Origin: Eledone cirrhosa
Taxonomy: Eukaryota
Reading direction: 5' to 3'
Length of the DNA stretch: 64,000 nt
NCBI GenBank assembly: GCA_964016885.1
Contig: OZ024740.1
Coordinates: 113,956,001 to 114,020,000 of the forward strand
Below the pieces are notes generated by a model. It was not told the DNA's origin. It saw only the letters and a list, made by a program, of their open reading frames with translations, and ran no database searches. Every line of letters starts with the position of its first letter. The stretch's first letter is position 1. Below are positions 40,262 through 58,360 of the stretch, piece by piece. Both the position numbers and the translations under genes were made by a program.

Positions 40262-43200
40262 TTTATATATATATAGTTGATATCTGGGGTTTGTTCAACG
40301 AATGTTTAAGTGTAATCAAAATAATCCTTTAGACGTATATATCGTCGAATTTAAGAAATTCTTATTGTCATTTTCCATTTGTCGTGTTATGCATATATTT
40401 ACGCGTGTGTATATATGTGTATTCATGAATGAATTGTTGTGCTTTTACATACTATTACAGTGAAGCCGGTTTTAAAGAGTGATAACATCTTCTCTCCACA
40501 ATAAAATGTCTCAAATCTGAACCTATTACACGGTAGTGTAATAGTTTTCTTCCTGCCGACAAAATGTTTGTGGATGTAACATGACCTGTATTTAATAATT
40601 TATAAACTCTTATTTGTCCCATACTGACACGTTTAATTTTCACACGGATTACAATTCTAATCCAATTATTTACACTATAGTTAAAATTTAAGGGGTTCAA
40701 ACAAATACAAAATGGAATCTTTATCACGTATAAAAACAAACAATGATACTTATCAATGTGTTTGTTAAACAGCTGATGTTTATATCTGCATATAGACAAT
40801 ATAAGAGTAAGCGAAAGTGCGTAGATATGTAAATATATTTGCATATTCAATTATTAGACATGTATATATGCCAAACTTACGTATTTTCCTGTTAATTGAA
40901 AAATAGTTGACATGTTTGCTAATCCACCGTAGAAATGGAGGCTGACATCATGGCTAAGAGTGCAGGTGAAATGTTAAACAGATTTATCACTTCCGTTCAA
41001 CGTTATACTAAAATACAAACTTTTCATCTTTTTTTGTGTTTTCTGTTTTGCTATGTATTTATATTTATTGACATGAATAAATAATATTAAGTGCCATTTA
41101 CAAAATTATCGCGAAAATTTAGCAAAAATACTGAAACAATACTGAAAAATTTAGCAACAATACTGAAAGTGTTAACAAATTTAGAAAATTTATAACACAC
41201 AATTAGAGCAAATTATTATTTATTTCTTTTTAAGACCAAGGTCGAGTGTAATGTAGTGTGTGATACAGTTTACACTTCATTGACTGCGGAAATACTTGAT
41301 CGGTAAAAAAATTGTTAATTCCGTCGTTTTTAAATATAGAACCTTTGTTTTACTTGTATTCATTTATTTTATTTTTTTTTACAGAACTGAATATCATGTT
41401 AAACACAAAATTTTATTCTTGCTAAATCCAACGTTTACCAAATGAAATTTAAATATAGTCTGAAAGACACCCACACACGGTTTAAAAGCAACCACCTTCA
41501 ATATGGCCGCATTTCTAATGGTTTTAAACAGATTCAGGATATTTTTTGAAATCATATAATTTGACAATGAGAAGTACTAATTTATAATAGAGAAATTCGA
41601 CAAATAATGAAATTATAGATAAGTAGAAGAAATGGAGCAAATTTTTACATTTAGCTTGGTTGGTTCCAAAAGAAGCTACGAAATTATGTTTGATGACATC
41701 AACAGCTGATTGTTTGCATCAACGTGACAAAGAATATGCATATTCTTTTACAAATTTCAGTCAATAGATTGTAGCTATGTTTGGTCACCATTTTGACGGG
41801 ACTTTCTAAATCATATCATCTCTGGTACTTTTTGTTTAAGGTTTAGTAGCTATTTTAATGATCGCCTTATGTCGAAATGCTAGGGCTTCTGCACATCACC
41901 GATTCTGCATTCAGAATTTCACTAGGCTAAAATAGAAGATGCTTGCCCAAATGGAAGTGCATTACTGGAACTTAAATGTCCCAGTCAGCGTGAACTGTGT
42001 AGTCAGCAAGAGTGACAAAAATTAGATTCGTTAGCTAACAAAATTCTAATTTGTAATTATTTGATTTTAGAGAATGGGGCGCATAATATGTCGCTAAATA
42101 GTCATGCACTGCCTCTTACATATAACAATAGGAAAAATGAAGGCAGCCATTAAGAAAGAGAGAACAATTCATTACATCGATTCTCCTGTAGATTTAAAGG
42201 TAAGGAAATATATATTGGATTTGAACACAGAACGAACAGGGCGTTTTGTTTGGGATACTATCGATGTCACGTTAATAGACGCATTTCAGAATGTTGGTAT
42301 ATGTAACGCGGGATAAATATATCTAGAAGCCAACCGGAGGGGATTTTTCTTGATGCTTCTGTCAATATTTTTAATTTCATTCACCACGGTCAACGATTTC
42401 ATCATAAGCTTGTACGTATGCTACATCTGTATTGCCTAAAAGCCGTGATTCTATATATTATAAAAGAAGTATAACGTAAAGTATGATATTGGTATAATTT
42501 ATACATTTTTATAACTTTGTTAATAGACAGAAGGCCAAATCTTTACAGGGAAGAATCGTAGCTGCTTGAATCGATCTAATACAACGTTGGTACTTATTTT
42601 ATATTTCCCGGAAGCATAACATTTGAATACAAACGCAGCGGGTGTTTAAATGAGTAACATGTGTCAACTAACTTTTTTTTATCTACAGTAGCTAGAAGGT
42701 TTTAAATCAATTTCAGCGTCTAGAAATAAAATAGAACATTCTCAATGAAACTTAAAAGTTTGAATGACACTGTTGGAAAAAAAGAAGAAGTGAAAGAGAG
42801 AAAGAAAAACAGAACCGAAATAAGGAAGGATATTAATCGTATCTCTGTGTCTTCTCCTCCATGATTTTCTTTATATTATCGCCAAAGCTTTTCTTGCCAT
42901 CAGGGTATAATATGAAATCCTGCGTGAAAGCAAATGAAACACATATGTAAATATGGACGCAATAAACGTTAAAAATAACTTTAGTTTTGAGGTCTTTGCT
43001 CGAAACGTCCCCAAAGTCATATGAAGTTATTCAAATATACAAACATTCGTATTATATTTTGTCAGTGCATACTGCAACTAGTTTTCTGGGAGTTTAGTTT
43101 CTATTTGATGCTGTTATCACTGACTAAACAACGTTATAGATGTTGTAAAAGTAGCAACAAATCCCCTGCTGCTAAGTGGTAAATCTTTTACACTGCAGTT

Positions 43201-43621
43201 TGACATACATCATTAACTATTTGTCTCTCTCCCTAATAATCTGAAAGGTCCTGTAAAGTAGATAAGGTCGGATAGAATTTATAAATTAATATGATTTTTC
43301 ATTTTTAATGTTTATAAAATGAATATTATATTTCACAATTATCTTCCAGAAATAAATGGTATTTGGTTCCAGTTTGAAAAGAATGAGTAAGTTTTATCTT
43401 GTAATTTATGGGTTTCACAGGTGCAGGAATAAACCATTTCAACAATTCCTGCTGCGACAGAGCAGGACTTACCGGTGCAAGTCAGTCTACTATCTTAAAG
43501 TGCTTTTTATTATTAACTAAAATCTACGCATATACGATACGATTTCCGACAAATGCAAACATACGCAGATGGATTTACACAGCCAGACAAATACACGTAT
43601 ACACACACCGCACAAACAACC

Positions 43622-43659
<38 letters not shown>

Positions 43660-43967
43660 ATACATACATTAATACCTACATATATTATACATACTCATAC
43701 ACACACACACACACACACACATACACAGATACACACACATACACACATATATATATGTATATGAAAAATAGTCGTTTTGGAAGCCTCAAAAATGCAGATG
43801 GGTAAATCTCCGGGTAACAAAATCAGTTGGTATTAAGTTGGGGGAGAGAGAGAAGTAGGTGGAGGAAGCGTAGAAAGAGACGTAAGGAGCGTAAAAGGGC
43901 GTAAGAAAGGTGTAAAAAATAACAAGAGATAGAGTTACATAGGAAGCGATTTAATAGTCCCTATTAA

Positions 43968-44107
43968 GGCGCATGTCTTAGTGGTTAGAGTATTGGGTTT
44001 GCAATCGAAAGGTTGTGAGTTCAATTCTCGGACAGGGTGATGTGTTGTTTCCTTGAGCAGGGCACTTTATTTCACGTTGCTCCAGTTTACTCAGCTGTAG
44101 AAATGAG
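43968..44107 (+). mobile_element. tRNA-derived SINE (different family) nested in the family B repeat
   Basis: A box cttagtggttagag, B box gagttcaattc, and body ccttgagcagggcacttt..actcagctgta. Confidence 0.75.
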
Positions 44108-44339
44108 ATGATAGGACTCGGGTCCCTATCATTAAATCACCCAAGACACACCTCCAACGAGATATACCTTGGTGGAGGCCGGCTAAATCTGCATAGGTGT
44201 GAGCTGTCACTTACTCACACACATATTTCTGATTTCACATCCATCAACAGTGGAGTTTTCCGAGGGGAAAGTGTTGTATTGGTGAAGGACAACAGGTGGC
44301 CTTCGTTGTTTACCGTGTGCGTATAGGCATAAAACACAC

Positions 44340-44380
<41 letters not shown>

Positions 44381-44429
44381 AATATGAATTTATAATTGTA
44401 ACATCATTGTTCTCCCTGATCAACACAAC

Positions 44430-44502
<73 letters not shown>

Positions 44503-44983
44503 GAATATATATATATAAATATATATATATACCGAATCGCAGATTTATTATAATCATAGTTATCACTTGCTTATGGAACATATTACTCATTCCATTGTAT
44601 GACACTGTATAACATTATATCACTATGTCTTGTTTCTTTTTATCTTGTTAAATGTCACTGTTTCCTTGTATGGATGGAAGACTAGAATGTACAATTGACA
44701 ATTTTATTTCTGGCTTACTATACCGGGTTGATACTGCTGATTGTTCATCACCAATACCAGAATATTATATAATACTTTGAATGGGATGTCTATTTTGTTA
44801 AATCTATTTGTGTAGTTGAAGCCACCCGCGATAGAGTACTTGTGTAGGACAAAATGACTAATGGTGTGTGTTAGACCCCAATTATGCTCTAATTTGTTCC
44901 AATCTCCATGTTACATTCGTTTGAATGGAACATTTGTTTTTTTTTTAATCTTTTGTCCGTAGATGAAGCTATCATTAATAAAG

Positions 44984-45200
44984 TACAGGGTGGTCCGAAA
45001 TCTTGTCACGCCTACCAAAAATTAATGTGAAAAACAGTTTATGTTCCCATTGCAGTATCGTCCTCTTCGGAGGAGTTGGTTTGCCGAATTTTACAGTGAA
45101 GTCATGTCGCACACCCTCCATGCTCTTGCCAGAATTCACACGATCATGTGCCCATATACTTGCAAGCAGCCTCTCTTCCAAACTGTAGGAGCTCTGAAAT
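44984..45200 (-). mobile_element. Tc1/mariner remnant
   Basis: TA-CAGGGTG TIR-like end, and an HTH-like peptide VRHDFTVKFGKPTPPKRTILQWEHKLF. Confidence 0.6.
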
Positions 45201-45242
45201 AGAAAATTATATTATTATTATTATATATTATAATTAATAATA

Positions 45243-45846
45243 TTATATAAAACATAGGATGTATGTGTGTGTGTGTGAGTTTGAATCCCTAAAACTCGAG
45301 AAGTAGCCAACCGATTTTTTAAAAACTTTACATGTGTATTACTTATCTTTCCGGGAGTGTTCTGCATATAACAACATTCAACTTTTTGATCCCCTAAGGC
45401 CCGCATTAGGTGAAAAACTGCGATTTTTTCAGCCTTTTATGGGTTTTTTGAGGCGTTACGTCAGACCAATTTCCTTGAAATTGTAACTATGTATTAGTGT
45501 GTCTCTTCTTCATACCGTGAGCAATCCAACTTTTCTTTATGGTCTAGGGCCCGCATTAGGTGAAAAACTTAATTTTTTCAGCTTTTTAGGGCTTTTTTGA
45601 GCACATAAAAAAAATTTTGAGCACATAAAAAAAATTCATTTTCTTGATCCCCTTGGGCCGGCATTAGGTGAAAACCTGCATTTTTCCTGCTTCATCGAGG
45701 AAAATCTTAAAGATTATCCAGCCATCAGAGTATTCGGTTTATTTCCTTTACACATTGTCCAGGCATGCAGTTTTTCCACGATTAGATCTGTTGGCGGCCA
45801 GCGTTCCAAAGTACCTTTTCCTGTGCAAAGCCGGGTACCACTGTTA
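45243..45846 (+). mobile_element. Non-autonomous Helitron-like element with three internal repeats
   Basis: Starts atataaaa..(TG)n and ends gtgcaaagccgggtaccactgTTAG|T (decayed CTAG). ggcccgcattaggtgaaaa occurs three times. Confidence 0.6.
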
Positions 45847-46606
45847 GTATATTATATTATTAACACAAAAAATAATGAGGGTTAAAACAATATGTGACAA
45901 GGTGTGACAAGAATTTCGAACCATGCTGTAGTTGGGGTGTTAGACATTTTGTCATTCATCTCATGACTGATAAAATAAATAAGTTAATACAAATGAATAT
46001 AAGCCAGTCCAACGACATTTGAACAGTGGAATAGTTAAAGCATCGGACGAAGTGCCCCATGATACTCATACAGGTCTTTGCGCTTTGATTTCAAATTCTT
46101 CTATCGCTTTACTGGATATAAGACTTAGTCTGTCTCTTGTTTGGAGAAAGGCAATGTGGATTAGAGATGTGAAAGTTTAGTCATTCGGTAATCGTTGAGT
46201 GTATTCGTAGGTGCGTATTGAGTCTGTGTAATACTACACCACTTAGATGTATGTATTATTTTAGGATTCTAATTATTTTGTCCAGCTTGTACATACTAGG
46301 GATTTGATGTTACATAGAACGGTTGTAGATGTTGAGGTATTTAGTGTATGAATGTTTGTGTGTGAGTGTTTATGTGTTTTATGTATATATGTGCGTGTGT
46401 GCGTCTGTGTGTGGGGGGGGGGTGTATGTGTTGTTCATACATGAAAAGTAATTCTTCTTAGATATACTCGATTAAGAGCGAGGAAAGATTCCACTACAAT
46501 TAAAAAGTGGAATTATAAATGAAAAAGTCCGTAATGGAATCCTAGGGGCTCCATATCAGGCACTAGCTAAGTTCTCCCGGGGGGGGGGGGATTGAGAGAT
46601 TGAGAT

Positions 46607-46640
<34 letters not shown>

Positions 46641-46644
<4 letters not shown>

Positions 46645-47480
46645 ATACTTTGGGAGGGTCATGTTGCCAATAAGAAACACACGCACCAGTTGCTTTCAGT
46701 TCAATTTATTATAAATTTCCGGTTGGTTGGTTGGTTCCACAACCGGATGGTTGTTCATATATTGTCAAAGTTCTTTCGCCACACATAGGTTGACCTCTTC
46801 AGTGACTGAGGATTATTTTCTTTGTTTTGTGCCTCTCCTTTTTTCTGGGCTAAGCCATCTTGTTTTTGTGTGTGTTATGTGCTTAGTTTGCGCATGTGTT
46901 ACATCCGGTCGTCTGTGTGTTTTTATTTGTTTATTTATTTGTTTATTTACATGTTACTAGTTAGTTGTTTGTTCTATGTGTGTGTGTTTTCGTTTTGTCC
47001 TTAATTGTAAGTTGTGATGTTGCTATTCCATTCATGTTTTCTATTTAATTTTGGTTGGAGTTCATTTATGTTTATTGCCTCTGTGATTTGTCTAAACATT
47101 GCGTCTTTTCTGTGTATAGTTATAAATGTTATTTCTATGTTCTCTAATTTGCCCTTATGTGCTATTTTACTATGCTGGTGGAGTACTGATGAGTCTTTTC
47201 TATCTTGGAGTTCTCGCCAGTGTTCATTTAATCGTTCTCCTATTCTACGAGCTGTCTTACTTATGCACATTATATTCTTATCTTTACATTGTCCCTCAGT
47301 ACATCTTATGCTATATACTATGTTTCTAGTTTTACAGTTAATATGGGGGCTTAGTTTTCAGATTATGCATTTCCTATCTATAGAGGGAGGTGTTTGAAAA
47401 GCGTATGTATTACTAATAAGTGTTTTTATGGGGGTACCTGGTCTTTCCACTATCTTAATATTTAATTTAAGTTTATCTGT
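46641..47480 (-). mobile_element. 3' part of a Penelope-like element (Naiad-like): linker, GIY-YIG endonuclease and 3' pseudo-LTR
   Basis: Minus frame reads KIVERPGTPIKTLI..KCII*KLSPHINCKTRNIVYSIRC..C..MCISKTARRIGERLNEH..LHQH..H..RQITEAINI..LNRKHEW. Hammerhead downstream. Confidence 0.85.
46764..46806 (-). ncRNA. Hammerhead motif in the PLE 3' repeat
   Basis: GUCA-CUGAAGAG-GUCAac..gUGGC-GAAA-GaaC-UU-UGAC, on the same strand as the GIY-YIG ORF. Confidence 0.7.
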
Positions 47481-47494
47481 ATAGATAGGAAACT

Positions 47495-51575
<4,081 letters not shown>

Positions 51576-52046
51576 GGGAGGGCAATTCGACATTCGGGTA
51601 CAGTATTTTATCAATTTCGAAATGATAAAATGCAAAACTGAACTCTGCCTGATTTGAAATCAGAGTGCAATAAGCCAGAATAAATATTTCGGAACCCTTA
51701 TATCTATATATATAAATAACATTTATTTATGTAAACAAACTAACACAATTCTATATATATTTAGGAATATATATATATATATATATTTATATATTTTAAA
51801 ACTAGAAATGTAAGTCAATATGTTCAAATTAACTTCGCTTATTCATATTCGCCGCAATATATATTACGGTGATAGACATTATTCAACAGCTATGACCTCA
51901 TCAAGCAACTAGAACTGGAACAGAAAAAAACAGGAAAACATAATGGTGGAACACTGTTTACCTCCGTTACATCGTTGACATGCTCATTTCCGAAGTGTGG
52001 TTTTTTCTCATATATATATGTATGTGTGTGTGTGTGTGTCTGTGTG

Positions 52047-52128
<82 letters not shown>

Positions 52129-52611
52129 AATATATATATATATGTATGTGTGTGTGTGCGTATGTATGTGTAAGTGTGTGTATTTTTGTCACTGTGTATG
52201 TAAAAGAAAATATTTTCTCATGAATCAATTACCATTTCCTTTTAGATCTACAAGTTCTCACCTTTGAAAATACATCTTCTTTTATTAAAAAGTAACTGAC
52301 TACGTTTGATAGAGTTGATAGAATAATCATAAGATAAAAAGAACGACTTATCGGTTTCATCTCTATATTTTTCACTGTGACAAGGGACATCTTAAAATAT
52401 CGTGTTTCACACGACACTTTAGCATTACTACAAAGCTAAGCAAATCTAAATTCGTTAACGATTAATCTCATTTCAAATGTTGTAAGGATAAATATACTAT
52501 GCGTGTGTTAGTTGAAAAAACTATATAAATGAAAAACTTGTGCATTTGTGTACACCCACATACATACACGCACAGACAAACATACGTACACATATATATA
52601 AATGTAAATAC

Positions 52612-52647
<36 letters not shown>

Positions 52648-52721
52648 ACTGTAGTAAAAGTTTGTTCGAAATATCCAAGGGTAAGAGCACCCAGTCATAT
52701 ATATATACAATATATATATAT

Positions 52722-52911
52722 ATGAGGAAAAAAGATGAAATGGAAAATGCAACAGGCGTCTTTTCTATAAAAAATATATATTTATTTTGTTCCTTTACCG
52801 GTTTCGGAAGCAAATAAATATGTTTCCTTTACCGGTAAAGGAACCAAATAAATATATATTTAAAAAAAAAAAGACTCCAGTTGCATTTTCCATTTCATCT
52901 TTTTTCCTTAT
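52722..52911. repeat. Inverted repeat (~80-bp arms)
   Basis: aggaaaaaagatgaaatggaaaatgcaac is paired with gttgcattttccatttcatcttttttcct. Confidence 0.88.
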
Positions 52912-54754
52912 AATTTCACTCACGTAGGAAACTCACTTTCTAATATATATTTATATATATTGTACAAATATTTGACCCTTATCATCGATATCACACATAC
53001 ACACATCACATAAACTTACTTCGTATGTCTGTCACTACATACAGAAATATAGTGATAAATGGAATAGTGATTGGAAAAAAATTCTTCGTTTGATTGGCGA
53101 CGTATTTCAGCTCGCGAAATGTGCAAGTAAAAATATATTGAGTTGTATAAACCTACGTCTATCTAATTCAAGTTTATGCTCTGGAAACTACACAAGATAC
53201 GAATTTTCTAATTCTAAGGCAGGCGGGGGTGTATACCTTCTGAGAAAACACAGTCCGGGTGACACAGCTTTCTGCTGGAATCAGTGGTATATTTTCACTA
53301 TTAAGCTACGGCGTATTCCATATTAAATTCAATCTTTCTTCAACTGCTATCATCTCAGTTCTTCTTGACATTTTATTGATTATCCTGCGCAGCAGATGAC
53401 CGGGTATTAATATTGAGGCTAGTCCACCCCTACTCTTATCTACTTAACACTACTCATTCTAGAGCTGAGCATTTGCGGGCGCAGCAGAGTGTTTTCGGAT
53501 ATTTCCTTCACAAAGATCTAGTCCCGGTCTCAAGTTCCACCGAGTGACATCTTCGGCATTCTCTTTACAAAACATTTTCAATGGAATTTGGTTGACAGGA
53601 ATTGTGTAAATGACCTGTGAAATGGATTGTGCCTGTAATCCAAATGTCTAGCGTTGTCATATAGTCTCACGCTGATTCGACGTGAGGATTACGTTATAAG
53701 TACAAGTTGGTATGGAATAATCAATCATTTACATGTTAATTCGCAATGTGGATGTACATTTTATAATGACTATCAGTTACCTATCAAATAACAGAAACGT
53801 AAATTCTGAGTTATTAGAGACCTTAAAGTCTTTTAGATTTCATAAAAATAGTTGTCTTCAAAGAATGTATGGTGAGAGATATGTGAGTTGTCAAGGCAAC
53901 AGGAATACTCTGATAAGGATAACTTATTCAGTTTGACCAGCTGCGGTTCTATGATATACGATGAACTATAAATAAGAACAACACGAATACAAACTATCGC
54001 TTCAGAAAGTATGTGTAGTCAGTCAAAGTATAATGTACAAGTATAGGAGTTCCTTGTAAATACATTTTTCAATACAGAAGCTATAGGTTGATATGCAGTA
54101 ACTGAAGATATTTCCACATACAGATATTGATTCGTTGAAAACAACTTGATATAAGATTAACGAATGTAAACCTAACACTGGATAAAATGAAGAAAAAGTA
54201 AAAGAAAACTGAATGTTGTCAATACGCCAACAGATTCAATGAAACCGAACTCACCGACGTATGACAGAAGAGAGTATCACAAGAGATAGATAAAGAGATA
54301 TATTTTTGGATGGGAAATAAATAAGAAACACAAGCATATACACTGAAAAATTAAGTCATAAAAATAATAACGTGGACACCTATGTGTTATTTTGTTTTGG
54401 TTTGATAGATGTGGAGTAAGGTTTTCTGCTTAGGAAAAGTATAGACTGTCTGAAATAGATGAGATTGATGCTGTTGTTGTTCAGTATTAATAGTTGCGGG
54501 TCGACAACTAGAGGGAGGTGTATGTTTATTTGTTTGGGGAGGGGTAGGAGGGGGTGTATATGCTTAAAAACTTGAATAATTATAGTGTTTATATGACATA
54601 CATATAAAATATACAGGCATACTATCTCACACAAACTGTATATTTAAACACGATTAATACACAGGATCCATAAGCAAACGCATTGAATACACACACAGCC
54701 AAACACTTACAGAGCAAAACAAAAATACCGGAACACACGTATAACATAAATGTG

Positions 54755-54792
<38 letters not shown>

Positions 54793-55444
54793 CACACAAA
54801 TACGCACACAAATATACAGACATAAACACACATGCCAGAGCACACACACACACACACACATTTATATGCATATATATATATATGTATATACACATACACA
54901 CATATAATTCCATATAATTCTGTAATGTAGATGGCGTGGTGTGATGTGGCATCAGATCTTTCTAATAGACACATTGGCAATACTAATTACTATTTCATTA
55001 CAAGTGTGTATCCCGCTGGCTTAATCGGGAGATACTGGCAATACAGATACTGGTTGCACGCAGCTTTGCTGTTTTTCAGAATCGACTTCAGGCCGCTATT
55101 AAGCGCGCATTTCAAAGACATCTTATAGATTAATAATGAGTTCTACTGGACAGTGTCCAATGTTGAAGGGCTAAATTCGATAAAATCACAATGATAATAG
55201 CAGGCATGTTTGACTGACTAAACAAAGCCTAAGAAATGTCTTGGCTTGGCAAACGTGATAGTAATACACACACATGCAAGTTTCCATACACACATATACA
55301 ATATATATATATATATGCGTGCGTGTGTACGTGTGTGTGTGTATACATATATATATATATATATATATTACCATCACTCTCACATAATGATATATGTATT
55401 TATATATATATATATATATATAAACATGCATGCCTACAAGTATG

Positions 55445-55515
55445 TACGAGGGTCGGCTGAAAGGTTCGTATGCTGAAAGGTTCATAGGCTGACCAAGACA
55501 TTGTCATGGAATGAC
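55445..55515 (+). mobile_element. Mariner-type TIR remnant
   Basis: TA-CGAGGG start followed by gctgaaaggttcataggctgaccaaga. No partner end seen. Confidence 0.4.
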
Positions 55516-55801
55516 CAAATGTGTCTCTGTAAAGAAAGAATGCAGTTATTAATTAAAAAGTTGTAAATAATGCATGCACGATTTCCCAGCCCTAGCATCA
55601 CTCTTTCATATTCAACCTATACACTATCCAGCCAACCCCTGTAAGGTCGAAAGCCATTGAAATGACATGAGCTCAGCCGTCGGGCATTACATTTTCTCTA
55701 TACGTACACTTTAATTTTCCAAGAATCGAATACTTAGCTAAACATGTAACCCCTATCAAACAATACATATATGTAGGAATGTATCTATGTATATATATAT
55801 A

Positions 55802-56403
55802 TGGTCAGGTCACCAGTTGGTGCTACTGGTAACATGTATCCCAGTACAACCTGTCTCATGGTCGGGTCGTTGGCGACTAAACTGGCAACCCCACCAAGGT
55901 TTCTTGGTGAGGAGGGTGACTTTGGACATCCTGCAGGACTAAAAACAAAACCTGGAAAAGGAGCTCTTAAGAGTCAATGGCCATCCAAAATCACCGGGAG
56001 AGATGACCCCTTAGCCTTTGTCAAGGCAGAATTCTAAGAGAAGGATAACTCTGATATAACGCCTGCAAACCTGATGGTATCCAATGATGTTGACTTGTTC
56101 TTCTTTTTGGTAAATATAATCTTGGTTAAGAGAGTGGGACTGGCTTTGTGCAGTGCCTTTGCTCACTATAAAAGTTTCACGGCACAGGCATTGCTTTATA
56201 TCTGGAGATCTCTCTGCACTTGTCGTCACATGGTACCATGGGCCCAGCACTATGCGTCAATAATTGTCACAAGTGTAGTGTTTGTACCAGAGTTTTCAAG
56301 TCGCTGGCTGGACTAAAAAGTCACACTTTCAGCGCATCTGTAGGGGTTCTCCTACATGGATATAAAGTAGTGGCCGTACTCGAAAACGAGTTAGCAGCCA
56401 CCA
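55802..56403 (+). mobile_element. RTE-derived non-autonomous element, family C (copy 2). Its 3' part recurs at 56597-56773 and 58245-58285
   Basis: Collinear with 32707-33318, and encodes the remnant CHKCSVCTRVFKSLAGLKSH. Confidence 0.88.
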
Positions 56404-56919
56404 TATGTGTGTATGTGTGTGTATATATATGTATATATATGTATGTGTGTATATATATGTGTATGTATATACGTATATGTGTATGTGTATGTATGTGTGT
56501 GTATATATACATGTATGTATGTGTATATGTATGTATATATGTGTGTATGTATGTGTACATGTATCTATGTATATATATATGTATGTATATATATTCTGGA
56601 GATCTCTCTGCACTTGTCATCACATGGTACCATGGGCCCAGCACTATCTGTCAATAATTGTCAAAGGTGTATTGTTTATACCAGAGTTTTCAAGTCGTTC
56701 AGCGCATCGGTAGGGGCTCTCCTACATGGATATAAAGTAGTGGCCGTACTCGAAAACAAGTTGGCAGCCACCATATATATATATATATATATATATTTCG
56801 TTTCTGAATTTGTTTAGCAAGATTCTTTATCTGAACACGTGTGTTGAAACCGATATTGTTATACTTTGGGAGGGTAATGTTGCCAATAAGAAACACACGC
56901 ACCATTGCTTTCACTTCAA

Positions 56920-57445
56920 TCTATATATATAAAACTGTGGTTGTCTGTCTGTCTATCGATTTTTGGCACACATCTCCTCTTAGAATCTCTCACGGAATTG
57001 CACCGAAATTGCTATACTTGTACATTGAGCCCTAGCGAAGACATCGGAAAAAAATATTTCAAATTGACCCACCCTATGTGACGAAATCGAATATAATGTA
57101 TCGATTTTTGAGCGTAAGTTATCAGTTATTTCCCTTTGTTCTGTTTACATTGAGCGTCTTACGTTGTTTTTCTCTGCGTTGCAGTGTTTATATTTTCGAT
57201 CTTTGTTAATAAATAACCAGTGCAGTTTTTATCCCCAACATCCTCTTTTGTTATAACATTCGGGTTATCGTTATGTTTTCTTAACTTGATAAGGCATATT
57301 GTTGGTTGAGGGAATATTAATCAAAAACACCACATGCAAGTCTGCACAGTAGACACTACAGTTTTTAAGCCAAGAAAGAAAATTAACATTGTAACTTTAA
57401 CACAGCTACTGAGCGACCCCGAGCAACGCCGGGCTTTACTGCTAG
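56920..57445 (+). mobile_element. Non-autonomous Helitron
   Basis: A|TC 5' end, (TCTG)n, subterminal hairpin ccccgagcaacgccggg, CTAG|T 3' end and no TSD. Confidence 0.85.
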
Positions 57446-57519
57446 TTTATTATAATAAATTGAAGTGAAAGCAACAGGTGCGTGTGTTTCTTATTGGCAA
57501 GATGACCCTCCTAAAGTAT

Positions 57520-57571
<52 letters not shown>

Positions 57572-57576
57572 TTATA

Positions 57577-57756
57577 TATTTATTAAAATAACAGATTAAA
57601 TTTAAGCAAAGAATCGCTGCTTTCATCCTTAACGGGATCTTCTGAAATAAAAAAAAAATCAATCTGTTAACGCAGAAGTAAATATTTCGATAAATGTTAA
57701 AAGGGTGAAAGCAGCGATTCTTTGCTTAAACTTTAATCTGTTATTTTAATAAATAT
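57577..57756. repeat. Inverted repeat homologous to ~26770-26888
   Basis: aagggtgaaagc(a/t)gcgattctttgcttaaactttaatctgttattttaataaata occurs at both loci and in both orientations here. Confidence 0.85.
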
Positions 57757-58075
57757 TTGATATATATTTATTCTTATCGAGCCCTCTTTGTTCTTCCTAA
57801 CAGTAACACAAATGTAGAGTCCACTGGGAGCATTTTATCTTGGCACCATAACTAGTATATTCACCGGGATGAAATGTCCGTTATCTAAGTTTTTTATGTT
57901 TTCGTTTTTTTTCCGATCGCATTCCTGATTCTGCTATTTCGCTTGTTATCCTTTCTTGATTTCACCGTTATGCTATCTTTGAACCATTTGTATATTGCAC
58001 TTATTATCATTTCACTATCGTTCTACCTTTCCTTTTAGCACATATTTAATATTTCGGTTACATGTCTCTGTTAAT

Positions 58076-58151
<76 letters not shown>

Positions 58152-58164
58152 ATTAACAATATTT

Positions 58165-58196
<32 letters not shown>

Positions 58197-58302
58197 TGTT
58201 ATACTTTGGGAGGGTCATGTTGCCAATAAGAAACACACGCACCAGGGGTTCTCCTACATGGATATAAAGTAGTGGCCGTACTCGAAAACAAGTTGGCAGC
58301 CA

Positions 58303-58360
<58 letters not shown>

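Noticed and set aside
42192-42199. 8-nt micro-exon between cctgtAG and GTaagg
   Set aside because: Such a motif is expected by chance, is not frame-preserving and has no independent support
45395-45680. Three spaced ~22-bp repeats resembling a CRISPR array
   Set aside because: Eukaryotic context, spacers similar to one another, no cas genes, and the repeats lie inside a Helitron-like element
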